A stretch of DNA of 63,481 bases, the filler included, from Theionarchaea archaeon (GTDB taxonomy: Archaea > Methanobacteriota_B > Thermococci > Methanofastidiosales > SZ-28-30), in NCBI GenBank assembly GCA_018992565.1. It is 5 parts of 5 records of this genome, joined end to end, with 100 filler letters (N's around TTAATTAATTAA, not from the genome) between each part and the next. Parts side by side here need not be neighbours in the genome. Positions count along the whole stretch, not along the records: positions 1 to 31,558 come from JACVGW010000021.1; 4 more parts are not named here. One strand, written 5' to 3'. Below the pieces are notes generated by a model. It had not been told where the DNA came from. It made no database searches and was given only the letters and a program-made list of their open reading frames with translations. Positions 19,923 to 30,096 of this stretch are shown here, piece by piece (positions within the stretch are counted from its first letter, which is position 1; the number at the start of each line of letters is the position of its first letter). Made by a program: the position numbers and the translations under genes.

Positions 19923-21236
19923 GTGAAATCGTCAAGATACAACTTTTTTGTGCCGCTGGAAAAAGAAGGCGACTATATTCTCTACAACACATTTAGTGGA
20001 GCCATCTTCTTTGTAGATAGGGAACTGAAAGATGCTGTCAGGAAAAATCCTTCTGGGATTCCAGGAGATATTCTAGAGGATTTCAAGAAAGAATGGGTCC
20101 TCCTTGAAGATGATCTGGATGAGCTTCAGGTAGTCTCAGTGGTCCGGGACGAAATGAGATTCAATGCTTCCAGGTTGCAGTTTGTGATCATGACCACATA
20201 TGATTGCAACCTCAACTGTCCATACTGCTACGAAAAGAAAGACCCCATGACCTCTCTCACTGACGATTCCTGTGCCCGCATTTCAAAATTCGTTGAGAGA
20301 CTCATTGAGAGGCAGCGAGCGCGGGAACTTGACTTTCTCATGTATGGAGGAGAGCCCCTTCTTGAGATTGAGCACATGATGCAGTTGATCCGCCACTTCA
20401 CTGTAGCAGCAGGAGACACAGGGTTCACATTCAGCGTCAGCATGACCACCAATGGTACTCTGTTGACTCCTGAAATAGTGTCTGAACTGGAACAGTATCC
20501 TGTGGAGGTGGTCCAGGTCACCCTGGACGGGCCCAAGTCACTCCACGACCTGAAACGGGTGTATGCTTCGGGTAAGGGGACCTACGAAGACATTATCAGA
20601 GGTATAGACCTGCTGCGGTCTTCATCCATCAGACCGAAGATCAGGGTCAACATTGATGGAGTGAACAAAGATCATATCCCCGAATTACTGGATGATCTGA
20701 AAGAAAGAGGCCTCTCCGATGTCCAGATCTACTACGGCATTGTCAGGACAATTTCCAAGGTGTGTGAATCCTACGGACCGTCCTGCATGAAAGACTCAGA
20801 GATAAAATCAGTTCTTCCCAAAGTATGGGGGGAGACCCTGGCAAGAGGATTTCCCATTCCTTTGAAACCCTTCAATAATCTCGTGGGCTGCGGAATGCAG
20901 AGCAATTCATCCTTCACCATCGACCCTGAAGGACACGTTTACAAGTGTGTCACAGGGACAGGGTACCCTGACCAGCGCATAGGTACGATCAATGAGCAGG
21001 GGGATGTTCCAGCATGGAGTCCAATTTATTACCAATGGTTTTCCAGAAACCCCCTGGAGTTTTCCAGTTGCAGAGCATGTACATTTTTCCCGTTATGTGG
21101 AGGAGGGTGCCCCATGATTGCGTATTCTAGGAAAGGTACCTATCAAAGCGGGGGATGTTTTGAAACCAAAGCTGTACTGAAAGACCAGCTTATCCTGTAT
21201 CTCAAACAGACATATCCTCACAAGTTTACAGAGTGA
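19923..21236 (+). CDS. Radical SAM/SPASM-domain protein, putative peptide maturase
   Basis: CNLNCPYC (CX3CX2C), YGGEP, TTNG, TLDG; SPASM C-X18-C...CRACTFFPLCGGGC...C; ~90 aa N-terminal extension (possible RRE); GTG start after AGGTGG. Confidence 0.9.
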   Translation: MKSSRYNFFVPLEKEGDYILYNTFSGAIFFVDRELKDAVRKNPSGIPGDILEDFKKEWVLLEDDLDELQVVSVVRDEMRFNASRLQFVIMTTYDCNLNCPYCYEKKDPMTSLTDDSCARISKFVERLIERQRARELDFLMYGGEPLLEIEHMMQLIRHFTVAAGDTGFTFSVSMTTNGTLLTPEIVSELEQYPVEVVQVTLDGPKSLHDLKRVYASGKGTYEDIIRGIDLLRSSSIRPKIRVNIDGVNKDHIPELLDDLKERGLSDVQIYYGIVRTISKVCESYGPSCMKDSEIKSVLPKVWGETLARGFPIPLKPFNNLVGCGMQSNSSFTIDPEGHVYKCVTGTGYPDQRIGTINEQGDVPAWSPIYYQWFSRNPLEFSSCRACTFFPLCGGGCPMIAYSRKGTYQSGGCFETKAVLKDQLILYLKQTYPHKFTE

Positions 21237-21335
21237 CGTCGGGAAGCGATTCCATTTTGTCTTCTCAGTACTCTCGTATTCAGTAGTTCCTTATGAAATC
21301 ATTTTCTGCATTCTCCAAGAGAAGAAATGAAAAGA

Positions 21336-21343
21336 TTTTTATA
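21336..21343 (+). promoter_or_regulatory. TATA box for peptide 2
   Basis: GAAAAGA-TTTTTATA about 30 nt before ATG 21374. Confidence 0.6.
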
Positions 21344-21373
21344 CGGGGTATCCAAGAGAATGACGGTGATTCC

Positions 21374-21472
21374 ATGAAGTGCGAAAAAGTGGAAGAAGGT
21401 GGACCCATGATAGGGATTCTAGCATGGAGACCTACCTGTCCTCCTTATCCATGTGGATGTATAAACATATAG
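21374..21472 (+). CDS. Putative RiPP precursor peptide 2 (32 aa: MKCEKVEEGGPMIGILAWRPTCPPYPCGCINI)
   Basis: GGTGATTCC-ATG RBS, own TATA box, T-rich tract after the stop; paralog of peptides 1 and 3. Confidence 0.85.
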   Translation: MKCEKVEEGGPMIGILAWRPTCPPYPCGCINI

Positions 21473-21482
21473 ACGTAATTCC

Positions 21483-21500
21483 TTTTCTTTTTTTCTTATT
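21483..21500 (+). terminator. Oligo-T archaeal terminator after peptide 2
   Basis: TTTTCTTTTTTTCTTATT shortly after TAG. Confidence 0.5.
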
Positions 21501-21635
21501 CAATCAGCCATGCCAAGGGACGGATTGGTGTGCAGTCACCCCATTTTTTTGAAAAAGACATTATTACATACGTTGGTGTACTCGTCTCTTTCCCATTCTA
21601 CCTATTTTCAAAAGGAGGATAGCATAATAGAAACC

Positions 21636-21643
21636 TTTTTATA
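21636..21643 (+). promoter_or_regulatory. TATA box for peptide 3
   Basis: GAAACC-TTTTTATA about 29 nt before ATG 21673. Confidence 0.6.
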
Positions 21644-21672
21644 GAATTCAGCTAGGATAAAGTGGTGATTCC

Positions 21673-21771
21673 ATGAAGTGCGAAAAAGTGGAAGATGGTG
21701 TTGAACCATTGTTGGCTATTGGACCTATAAAGCCGTGTCCCCCTTATCCGTGTGGATGTATAAACATTTGA
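21673..21771 (+). CDS. Putative RiPP precursor peptide 3 (32 aa: MKCEKVEDGVEPLLAIGPIKPCPPYPCGCINI)
   Basis: GGTGATTCC-ATG RBS, own TATA box, T-rich tract after the stop; paralog of peptides 1 and 2. Confidence 0.85.
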   Translation: MKCEKVEDGVEPLLAIGPIKPCPPYPCGCINI

Positions 21772-22058
21772 TTTCTTCACTTCTACTTTTCCTTTTTTGA
21801 CTACCAAGGACAGAGCCTTACCTCTGTGCGAGTGAAGCCTGGCTCTGAATATTCATTGATCACTGACCCCAGAGATTCTCCCGTGGAGAGAAAGTGACTT
21901 CCAGAATTCTTCTGCAAGAACCATCGCACATAGACACAATCTGAACCCAATCCCATACAACATTTGAATGAGCAATCGTCTTACATGGTCAAACTGGAGC
22001 CCTGTATGATCCATATTGTGACCAAAACCTATAAATCCCCCCTCCAACCTGTGATACT

Positions 22059-24274
22059 ATGTGGCACACCAAGGAACTGGGACAGGTCTTTGCTGAGCTG
22101 TCCAGTGGGAAGCAGGGACTAACTGAGGAGCAAGCGGAAAGGAGACTGGAAGAATCAGGGTACAATGAACTGAGAGAACGAAAAGGAAGGGGAATCTTTT
22201 CCATTTTTGTTGAGCAGTTCAAAGATTTCTTTACTGGTGTGCTTATCCTGGCTACTGTGGTCTCGTTTCTCCTGGGGGAAACTGTAGATGCTTACGTCAT
22301 TCTTATTATTGTTTTTATTAATGCTGTTATGGGCCTTGCCCAGGAATACAAGGCAGAAAAGGCTATTGAACGTCTCAAAGAGCTATCTTCTCCTTCTGCC
22401 ACAGTCTTGCGGGACAGGAATATCAGAGCTATCCCTGCACGCGAAGTTGTTCCTGGAGATATCATCATTTTGAAGGCAGGAGATTTCATCCCAGCAGATG
22501 CCCGGGTTTGTGAAGCCTCTTATCTCAAAGTGGATGAGGCCTCCCTCACTGGTGAAAGCATCCCTTCCACAAAGGTTACCGAGACCATGCCTGATGTACC
22601 TCTGGCTGATAGAGAGAATATGGTGTACCTCGGGACCGTCATCACTGACGGAAAGGGCAAGGCTGTGGTGACTGCCACCGGTATGAATACTGAAATGGGC
22701 AAGATCGCTGAAGAGATTCAGGCCATGGAGGTAGAGAAAACACCCCTTCAGGGGAAGTTGGAGAAGTTNNNNNNNNNNNNNNNNNNNNNNNNNNNNNNNN
22801 NNNNNNNNNNNNNNNNNNNNNNNNNNNNNNNNNNNNNNNNNNNNNNNNNNNNNNNNNNNNNNNNNNNNTATACAGAGAGGAGCTGGAAGCCCAGTATCCC
22901 CGGGTCAAGGAGATCCCTTTCAGCTCCGAACGAAAACTGATGACAACTCTTCATGAGGTTGACGGTACCTTCCACATGTACACCAAAGGCGCTCCTGATG
23001 TGATTCTTGATTTGTGTACCCAGATCCTTGAAGGAACCACCATTAGAAAGCTGACCCAGGAGAAGAAGGAGGAAATTCTCTCTGTATACCAGGAAATGGC
23101 CTCACAGGCTTTACGCGCTTTAGCCATGGCGTACAAAGACATGAAAACACTTCCAGAGGATCTAGAGTCTGCAGAACAGGACCTCATCTTTGTGGGGATC
23201 CAGGGAATGCGAGATGACCCTCGCACAGAAGTAAAAGAAGCGATTTCCGTCTGCCAGAAAGCTGGCATCAAGTCCATGATGATCACGGGAGACTATAAGG
23301 CCACAGCTGTAGCAGTAGCAGAAGATGTGGGGATTACTGGCGGAGCTCTGACAGGACAGGAATTGGAGCAATTGACGGATGAACAACTGGCAGAAGTCAT
23401 TGATGGTATTGGTGTTGTGGCCAGGGTTTCACCAGAACATAAGACCCGTATTGTCACCGCCTTAAAAAGCAAAGGTCACATTGTGGCTATGACGGGTGAT
23501 GGAGTCAACGATGCTCCTTCTTTAAAAAAGGCAGATATCGGCATCGCCATGGGTATTACAGGGACTGACGTGGCAAAAGAAGCTGCAGACATGGTGCTCA
23601 TGGATGACAATTTCGCCAGCATTGTGAATGCAGTGGAAGAGGGTAGACACATCTTTGACAATATAATAAAATTCATCTACTTCCTGCTGTGTTGCAACGT
23701 TGGAGAGATTCTCGTCCTGTTTTTGGCAATCCTTTTGGGACTGTCCAGACCGTTGCTTCCCATTCAAATCCTGTGGATCAACTTGATTACAGATGGCTTT
23801 CCTGCTCTCGCTCTGGGTGCTGACCCTCCTGAAGAAGGGATCATGGATCGTTCCCCTCGAAATCCAAGTGAAAGCATTTTCGCCAGGGGACGGGGAACGA
23901 GCATTGTGGAGATGGGACTTGTGATGAGTGTTCTTGTATTGGTTGGATTCTATTTCTCTGGACAGGGAGATGCCCATGCCCGGACACTGGCCTTTTCTTC
24001 TCTGGTGTTTGTACAGCTGGCTCATGCATTTAATGCACGGTCTGAGAAGAGATCGATTTTCAGTGTGGGTCTCTTCACCAACATGTGGTTGGTTGGCGCT
24101 GTGGTGCTGTCTGTTTCACTGCAGATTGCCGTGGTGTACGTTCCCGTATTGCAGTCCGTTTTTGGGACATCACCTCTTCACATGGAGGATTGGCTGATCA
24201 TCCTGGGACTTTCGGGAGTTATTGTGGCAGCAGGTGAACTCATGAAAAAATCCAGAGGCTATTCTGGACAATAA
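22059..24274 (+). CDS. Cation-transporting P-type ATPase (type IIA, Ca2+-like), interrupted by a gap
   Basis: LTGES, KGAP, MITGD, TGDGVNDAPSLK, ILWINLITD; the DKTGT region falls in the N gap. Confidence 0.9.
22769..22868. other. 100-N scaffold gap (true size larger)
   Basis: TM3-4 and the DKTGT phosphorylation motif of the ATPase are missing, which needs far more than 100 nt. Confidence 0.9.
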
Positions 24275-24420
24275 GGCCTGTGCTGGGCCGTAGAATGGAG
24301 AGGGGCGCCCTGATGGAGTCTGAACCCCATGTATAAGGGAGTCTTCCATATTGAATGTCCTGATACTTCCTTCCTCCAATCTCCCCAAACCTTTTTAAAG
24401 AAACATTTGGACCTGGGATT

Positions 24421-25722
24421 ATGCCAGAAAAAGTAATCATCATGGGCGCTGCAGGAAGAGACTTTCATGATTTCAATGTATACTTCAGGGAAAACCCCCA
24501 GTATGAGGTGGTGGCCTTTACGGCAACGCAAATTCCTGATATTGAAGGGAGGCAATATCCCTCTGAGCTGGCGGGATCTCGCTATCCTAAGGGAATACCT
24601 ATACTGCCAGAAAGTGAACTGCCTGCGTTAATTAAGAAACATGATATAGATACTGTTTTCCTCTCCTACAGTGATCTTCCTCATGAATATGTTATGCACA
24701 AAGCATCTGAAGTGCTGGCTGCAGGTGCCAATTTTGAGCTCCTGGGACCCAACCATATTCAGTTGAAGTCTACAGTACCTGTTATTTCCATATGTGCAGT
24801 GAGGACAGGGTGCGGCAAGAGCCAGACCACAAGACGGGTAGCAGACATACTGAGAAAAGCGGGAAAGAAAGTCGTGGCAGTGAGACATCCCATGCCATAC
24901 GGAGACCTGAGAGAACAGATTGTCCAGAGATACGCAACTTATGAGGATATGGATAAGTACGAGTGTACCATTGAAGAACGAGAAGAATATGAGCCTCATA
25001 TCGACAGAGGCGTCGTTCTCTACGCAGGTGTGGATTACGAGAAGATCCTCAGAGAAGCTGAGAAAGAAGCAGATATTATCCTGTGGGACGGAGGAAACAA
25101 TGATTTCTCCTTCTATAAGTCTGATCTGCACATTGTCGTGGCAGATCCTCACAGACCAGGACATGAGTCATGCTACCATCCGGGTGAGGCAAATATCAGG
25201 ATGGCCGATGTTGTGGTGATTAACAAGGTGGATACTGCCTATCCTGAGGATGTGTTTGCTGTCAGGGCGAGTATCAGAGAGCTGGCCCCTCAGGCAATAG
25301 TGGTGGAAGCCGCGTCCCCGCTGTTTCTTCAGGCAGATATTGCTGGAAAAGACGTGCTTGTAGTCGAAGACGGTCCTACGCTGACTCACGGAGGAATGCC
25401 TTATGGGGCTGGGGCTATGGCAGCTGAGAAGCTGGGCGCACAGCCCGTTGATCCCTATCCCTATGCAGTAGGTTCCATCAGGAGCACCTTCGACAAGTTT
25501 GAGCACTTGGGACCAGTGTTACCTGCCATGGGATATGGAGAGAAGCAGATCAAGGAACTTGAAGAGACTATTAATGCAGTGGAGTGCGATGCAGTAATCA
25601 TAGGGACGCCAATTGACTTGAGCAGAATAATCAAGATCAATAAGCCAGCCTACAGAGTAACATACGAACTTCAGGAGATTGGAAAACCGACACTGGAAGA
25701 TGTACTTAAGAAATTCCTCTGA
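24421..25722 (+). CDS. Cyclic 2,3-diphosphoglycerate synthetase-like P-loop protein (COG2403 type; possibly arginine synthetase)
   Basis: MGAAGRDFH, AVRTGCGKSQ, RHPMPYG, DGGNND, EDGPTLTHGGM. Confidence 0.75.
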   Translation: MPEKVIIMGAAGRDFHDFNVYFRENPQYEVVAFTATQIPDIEGRQYPSELAGSRYPKGIPILPESELPALIKKHDIDTVFLSYSDLPHEYVMHKASEVLAAGANFELLGPNHIQLKSTVPVISICAVRTGCGKSQTTRRVADILRKAGKKVVAVRHPMPYGDLREQIVQRYATYEDMDKYECTIEEREEYEPHIDRGVVLYAGVDYEKILREAEKEADIILWDGGNNDFSFYKSDLHIVVADPHRPGHESCYHPGEANIRMADVVVINKVDTAYPEDVFAVRASIRELAPQAIVVEAASPLFLQADIAGKDVLVVEDGPTLTHGGMPYGAGAMAAEKLGAQPVDPYPYAVGSIRSTFDKFEHLGPVLPAMGYGEKQIKELEETINAVECDAVIIGTPIDLSRIIKINKPAYRVTYELQEIGKPTLEDVLKKFL

Positions 25723-25979
25723 TCCTTTTTTTTGCTTTTTCTCTTTGTCTTTTCCTGGTCCTGTTTGGGTTGTCCGTTGCCTACCGTAACCTGAGCTCTT
25801 CTTATTGGAGAACATGAGGCGATAGATTGTTCTCCGTTAAATTCGAAACTCGGTGGATAATTCCAGGTTATGCCTACTGGGGTTGAGGAGCTCTTCTCAT
25901 GGGTTGGTGGTGCAGATGTTCTGTGTACCGCCTGTTCTTGCCTGTTATGATTTATAAAGGCAAAAAGGTATCAGGTGAT

Positions 25980-26339
25980 GTGACATTTGCATACGTACTG
26001 GTGATTGAACTCTCCCAGGACACTCAGATTCAAGTGGGGAAGCTGGGCACCATTGATTTTCAGAAAGGGCTGTATTACTATGTTGGTTCTGCACCTTCAG
26101 AGAAAAGGCTGGAAAGACACCTGCGAAAAGAAAAGAAGATACACTGGCATATTGACTACTTCCTGAAAGAAGCCAGAATCAGCAAAATATACATTACAAG
26201 AGAGAGAACGGAATGCCAGGTGGCTCATGATATTGGACTGCCGTATATTGAAGGATTTGGCTGCAGTGATTGTGATTGCCCCTCTCATCTGTTCTATGGA
26301 ACACTTAGGAGGACTCCTGATCTGGAAAGATACTACTGA
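25980..26339 (+). CDS. DUF123 / GIY-YIG-like protein
   Basis: YYYVGSA, RH...HWHIDY, EC, GFGCSDCDCPSHL. Confidence 0.8.
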   Translation: MTFAYVLVIELSQDTQIQVGKLGTIDFQKGLYYYVGSAPSEKRLERHLRKEKKIHWHIDYFLKEARISKIYITRERTECQVAHDIGLPYIEGFGCSDCDCPSHLFYGTLRRTPDLERYY

Positions 26340-26415
26340 TTACCTTCACTACAGGATGTTCTCTTCAAACCCGCACATAAAAGAATATCCACAAGAAGCG
26401 ATCATAATTATTAAG

Positions 26416-29400
26416 CTATATTACGACTGTCTCAGGCTCCAGAGTCTCTTTGTACTCTGCAATCTTCTCCAGTTCTACTGATACAATCTTGGATATGTTG
26501 TCTTTCATTGAGACACCATAGAGAATATCTGCTGCTGCCATCATCACATCCCTCAGTGTAATGACAATGAACTGGGTGCCTTTGGATGATTTCTTGATGA
26601 GCTCTGCCACCCTCGTGGCATTCTCATCATCCAGGTGTGCATCAATTTCATCAAACACATAGAAAGGTGCAGGTTTATACTGCTGAACAGCAAATACAAA
26701 AGCCAGGGCAGTCAACGCTTTTTCGCCCCCGGACATGGCCTCGACTCTTTTCAGCTCTTTCCCTTTAGGAGAAGCCTCAATGTCCAGTCCTCCATCAAAA
26801 GGTTCTTCATCATTTTCCAGCACGAGGGAACCAGAACCTCCAGGAGATAGTTCTCCAAAGATGCGGGAGAAATTCTCTGCCACATTGTAAAAGGCTTCAA
26901 AGAAGACAGTCTTCTTTTGGGACTCAACTTCAGCAATGAACTCCAGTATGGATTCCTTTTCTTTGTACAATTTGTCAATACGAGTTTTCAATTCCATGTA
27001 CCGCAGCTGCACTTCTTCGAATTCTTCCACTGCCCGCATGTTAATTGGTTCCAGTCTTTCTTTTTCCGTTTCCATCTGCTTTATCTTGAACCGCAGTTCT
27101 TTCAGGTCTTCATACACTCCTTCTACAGGGTACTGGGAACTCAAGTCCCTCAATTCATCAATAGTGGTCCCAAGCTGCGTTTTCTGGCTTCCCAGCAAGT
27201 TGAGGGCAGATTCACATTCATAAGCCCTTTTTTGATGACGTTCCTTTTGCTGCCGCAGGGCACCTATCTCGTCTCGTATGCGGGTTCTATCATCGCGCAA
27301 TTTCCTGATCTTCTCATCAAATGTCTCTTCATCATGTACTCGTTCTGCCAGCTCTCTGTCAAGATCTTCTTTTTCTTTCTTTTTTGATGTAATATCGTGT
27401 TCTTTTCCATCAATTTGTGGTAGCAGTTCCTGTATTGTCTTTTCCAGTCTTTCATTATCTTCCCCAAGATATTTTAACACTGACTCTGCCTGCACTTTTT
27501 CTGATTCTGTCTCGCTCAGTTGATTTCGAGCTGATTCCAGCTCTTTCTCGATTCGTTCCAGTTCATCCTGTCTCAGTGGCCTGGCAATTTCCTCTTTTTC
27601 CTGCTCTAAAGAGTTCAATTCTCCCTCCAGGCTACTCTTCCTTTTAGTAATAGTGGACAGCTCTTCTTTCTTGGCGTCAAGCTGCCGGCTGCTCGCATCA
27701 ATTCTTTCCTTTGTACCATCTATCTCCTTCTCCACATCATGTACTTCTTCTGTAATTCTTGTCAATTCCTTTTCAAGAACAGGCACTCTTTCCTCCAGCT
27801 TCAACTTTTCATCATACATCCTCTGCAGTTCAGGTTCAATACTGGACAGGGTCTCTGCCACATCAGTCCGTCTCTGTTTTAACGCGTTCAGTTCCTCCTG
27901 TACCTTCTTGAATTGCGACTGGTCTTCTGAAATGAGGAATGCACTGGAATACTTTCTCTTGAAATAATGTCCCCCTGTTATGGCACCGCCCCTCTCGAAT
28001 ACATCACCTTCCAGGGTGACCAGCCTCTTCCCCTTTAGATCTATGTCCAGGTCCTCCACCACAAGGGTGTCAGAAAACACATCCTCAAACGCTGGTCTGA
28101 ACATGGGATCGAAAGACACCAGGTTTATAGCATAGTCTATTACACCCTTTTCCTTTACGGTGGGGAGACTTCTCCCCTGCATTCTGTCCAGGGGAAGGAA
28201 GGTTGCTCGTCCTGCTTTTATCTGTTTCAAATATGTGATACAGCGTTTTGCCGTATCAGTGGAATCTACCACAATATTGTGAATGCGATTGCCAGCAGCA
28301 ACTTCCAGGGCAGTCTGGTATCGTGCATCAGTCTTGCCCAGTTGTGAGATAGTCCCATACACACCCTGAAGTGTATCCTTAGCTTCGAGAATAGTGTTCA
28401 CTGCCTTATAGGGGGAAGCTCTCTGGTCTTCTTTGAATGCCTGGAGTTTGGAGTGCAACTTGATAGACTCAGACCGCTTGGTAAGGAGTTCTGAATCAAT
28501 GTCGGAGAGGTCAGTTTTTAACTCCTTTCTCTGCTGGAAAAGGCTGTCATATTCAGCAGTGGTCCGGGAGAGTCTCTCCTGGACTACAGTATAGTCCTCC
28601 TTCAGGCCGTTCAGTTCCCGGGTTACTCCCTCCTTTTCCTGGGCAAGAGAAGCTAAGGTCTCCTCGAGCTCAGTCCTGGTATGTGCCAGGGTCTGGATAG
28701 TATTGATGAGAATATCTTCCTGTGCTTCCAGCGAGAAGAAAGCATCTTTTTTCTCATCCAGTTCTTTGGAAATTCTTTCCAGATTTTCCAGACCAGTCTC
28801 TGATAATACTGAGACATGCTTCTGGTATTCTTGCTTGAGTTCTGATATCTTCTGGGTTAATTCGTCCTTTTTCTGTTTTAGAAGAGTTATTTTCTCTGAC
28901 TCGTTTTTGATTTGTGCTGTATTCTCCTGTTGCGTCTTGAGATACGTGTCTTTCCGGGCCAGGAGCTGGGTTCTTTGCTCATGAAGAAATCTCAACCCTT
29001 CTTCAATCGTCCTCAGTTCCCCTCTCAGCCTCTCAATTTCCCGGGTAATAGACACGTGCTTTTCTTCTCCCAGTTTTTCAATCTCAGAATTGATGAGGTC
29101 GAAGTTCTCTTCCTTCTGGGAGATGCTCAGTACAATTTCAGAAATTTTCTGGCTGCTCTCTGCTGCATCTTTCTTGTTTCTCGTGATAGCCTCTTCTGTT
29201 TTCTTGAGTTTTTGCTGGGCTTCATTCAGTTCTCCCTTATACAACCATCCTTTGCCCTTATAGATTTCATCTTTCAAGAACTGGTAGCGAAGGGCGTCAC
29301 TTTTCTCTGCTTCCAGCCTGATCATTTGCTTTTCTACTTCATTCAGGACCAGCTCCACACGAGCAATGTTCTCCTCTGCCTTTTCCAATTCTCTGTCTCC

Positions 29401-29934
29401 CCTTTCTCTCCTTTCGTTGTATTCGGCAATGCCTGAAATCTCCTCAATGACACCTCTTCTTTCCCAGGAACTCATTTTGATAAATCGGGTAATATCTCCC
29501 TGCATTACAATATTGTGTCCCTCAGGGAAGATGCCTACCTGAGAGAGGACATCCAGAACATACGTACGGGTTTCTCTTTTCCTGTTTATTCTGTACACGC
29601 TTTTTCCCGACGTATCAACGCTCCGGGAAATGATTACTTCTTTCCTTTCGAAAGGCAATTCATCATTTGAATTATCAAGGTATAGAGATACCTCAGCGTA
29701 TCGGGCAGGATTCATCTTCTTAGATCCTGCAAAAATGAGGTCTGACAAGACAACTGCTCTCATAGATTTAGTTGATAATCGACCCAGAACAAAGGAGACA
29801 GCATCAATAATATTCGATTTTCCACTGCCATTTGGGCCTACTATGCAGGTAAAGTCTTTTGAGAGAGTAACAGACACTGTCCTGTTTCCGTATGACTTAA
29901 AACCCTTGGTGGTGATCTTCTTGATGTAGACCAT
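26416..29934 (-). CDS. smc: Chromosome segregation protein SMC
   Basis: GFKSY, GPNGSGKS, long coiled coils, hinge (GRATFLPL), MSGGEK, FDEIDAHLD. Confidence 0.97.
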   Translation of the reverse strand: MVYIKKITTKGFKSYGNRTVSVTLSKDFTCIVGPNGSGKSNIIDAVSFVLGRLSTKSMRAVVLSDLIFAGSKKMNPARYAEVSLYLDNSNDELPFERKEVIISRSVDTSGKSVYRINRKRETRTYVLDVLSQVGIFPEGHNIVMQGDITRFIKMSSWERRGVIEEISGIAEYNERRERGDRELEKAEENIARVELVLNEVEKQMIRLEAEKSDALRYQFLKDEIYKGKGWLYKGELNEAQQKLKKTEEAITRNKKDAAESSQKISEIVLSISQKEENFDLINSEIEKLGEEKHVSITREIERLRGELRTIEEGLRFLHEQRTQLLARKDTYLKTQQENTAQIKNESEKITLLKQKKDELTQKISELKQEYQKHVSVLSETGLENLERISKELDEKKDAFFSLEAQEDILINTIQTLAHTRTELEETLASLAQEKEGVTRELNGLKEDYTVVQERLSRTTAEYDSLFQQRKELKTDLSDIDSELLTKRSESIKLHSKLQAFKEDQRASPYKAVNTILEAKDTLQGVYGTISQLGKTDARYQTALEVAAGNRIHNIVVDSTDTAKRCITYLKQIKAGRATFLPLDRMQGRSLPTVKEKGVIDYAINLVSFDPMFRPAFEDVFSDTLVVEDLDIDLKGKRLVTLEGDVFERGGAITGGHYFKRKYSSAFLISEDQSQFKKVQEELNALKQRRTDVAETLSSIEPELQRMYDEKLKLEERVPVLEKELTRITEEVHDVEKEIDGTKERIDASSRQLDAKKEELSTITKRKSSLEGELNSLEQEKEEIARPLRQDELERIEKELESARNQLSETESEKVQAESVLKYLGEDNERLEKTIQELLPQIDGKEHDITSKKKEKEDLDRELAERVHDEETFDEKIRKLRDDRTRIRDEIGALRQQKERHQKRAYECESALNLLGSQKTQLGTTIDELRDLSSQYPVEGVYEDLKELRFKIKQMETEKERLEPINMRAVEEFEEVQLRYMELKTRIDKLYKEKESILEFIAEVESQKKTVFFEAFYNVAENFSRIFGELSPGGSGSLVLENDEEPFDGGLDIEASPKGKELKRVEAMSGGEKALTALAFVFAVQQYKPAPFYVFDEIDAHLDDENATRVAELIKKSSKGTQFIVITLRDVMMAAADILYGVSMKDNISKIVSVELEKIAEYKETLEPETVVI

Positions 29935-29996
29935 ATTCTTCTCCCTTTGATGTAAATTCATCCTTTCCATAAAAAGGTTTCGATGGTCGATTGTTC

Positions 29997-30096
29997 NNNN
30001 NNNNNNNNNNNNNNNNNNNNNNNNNNNNNNNNNNNNNNNNNNNNNNNNNNNNNNNNNNNNNNNNNNNNNNNNNNNNNNNNNNNNNNNNNNNNNNNN
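29997..30096. other. 100-N scaffold gap
   Basis: Run of N. Confidence 0.99.

Noticed and set aside
22059..24274. P-type ATPase apparently split and lacking DKTGT
   Set aside because: The missing part coincides with the N gap; not a pseudogene.
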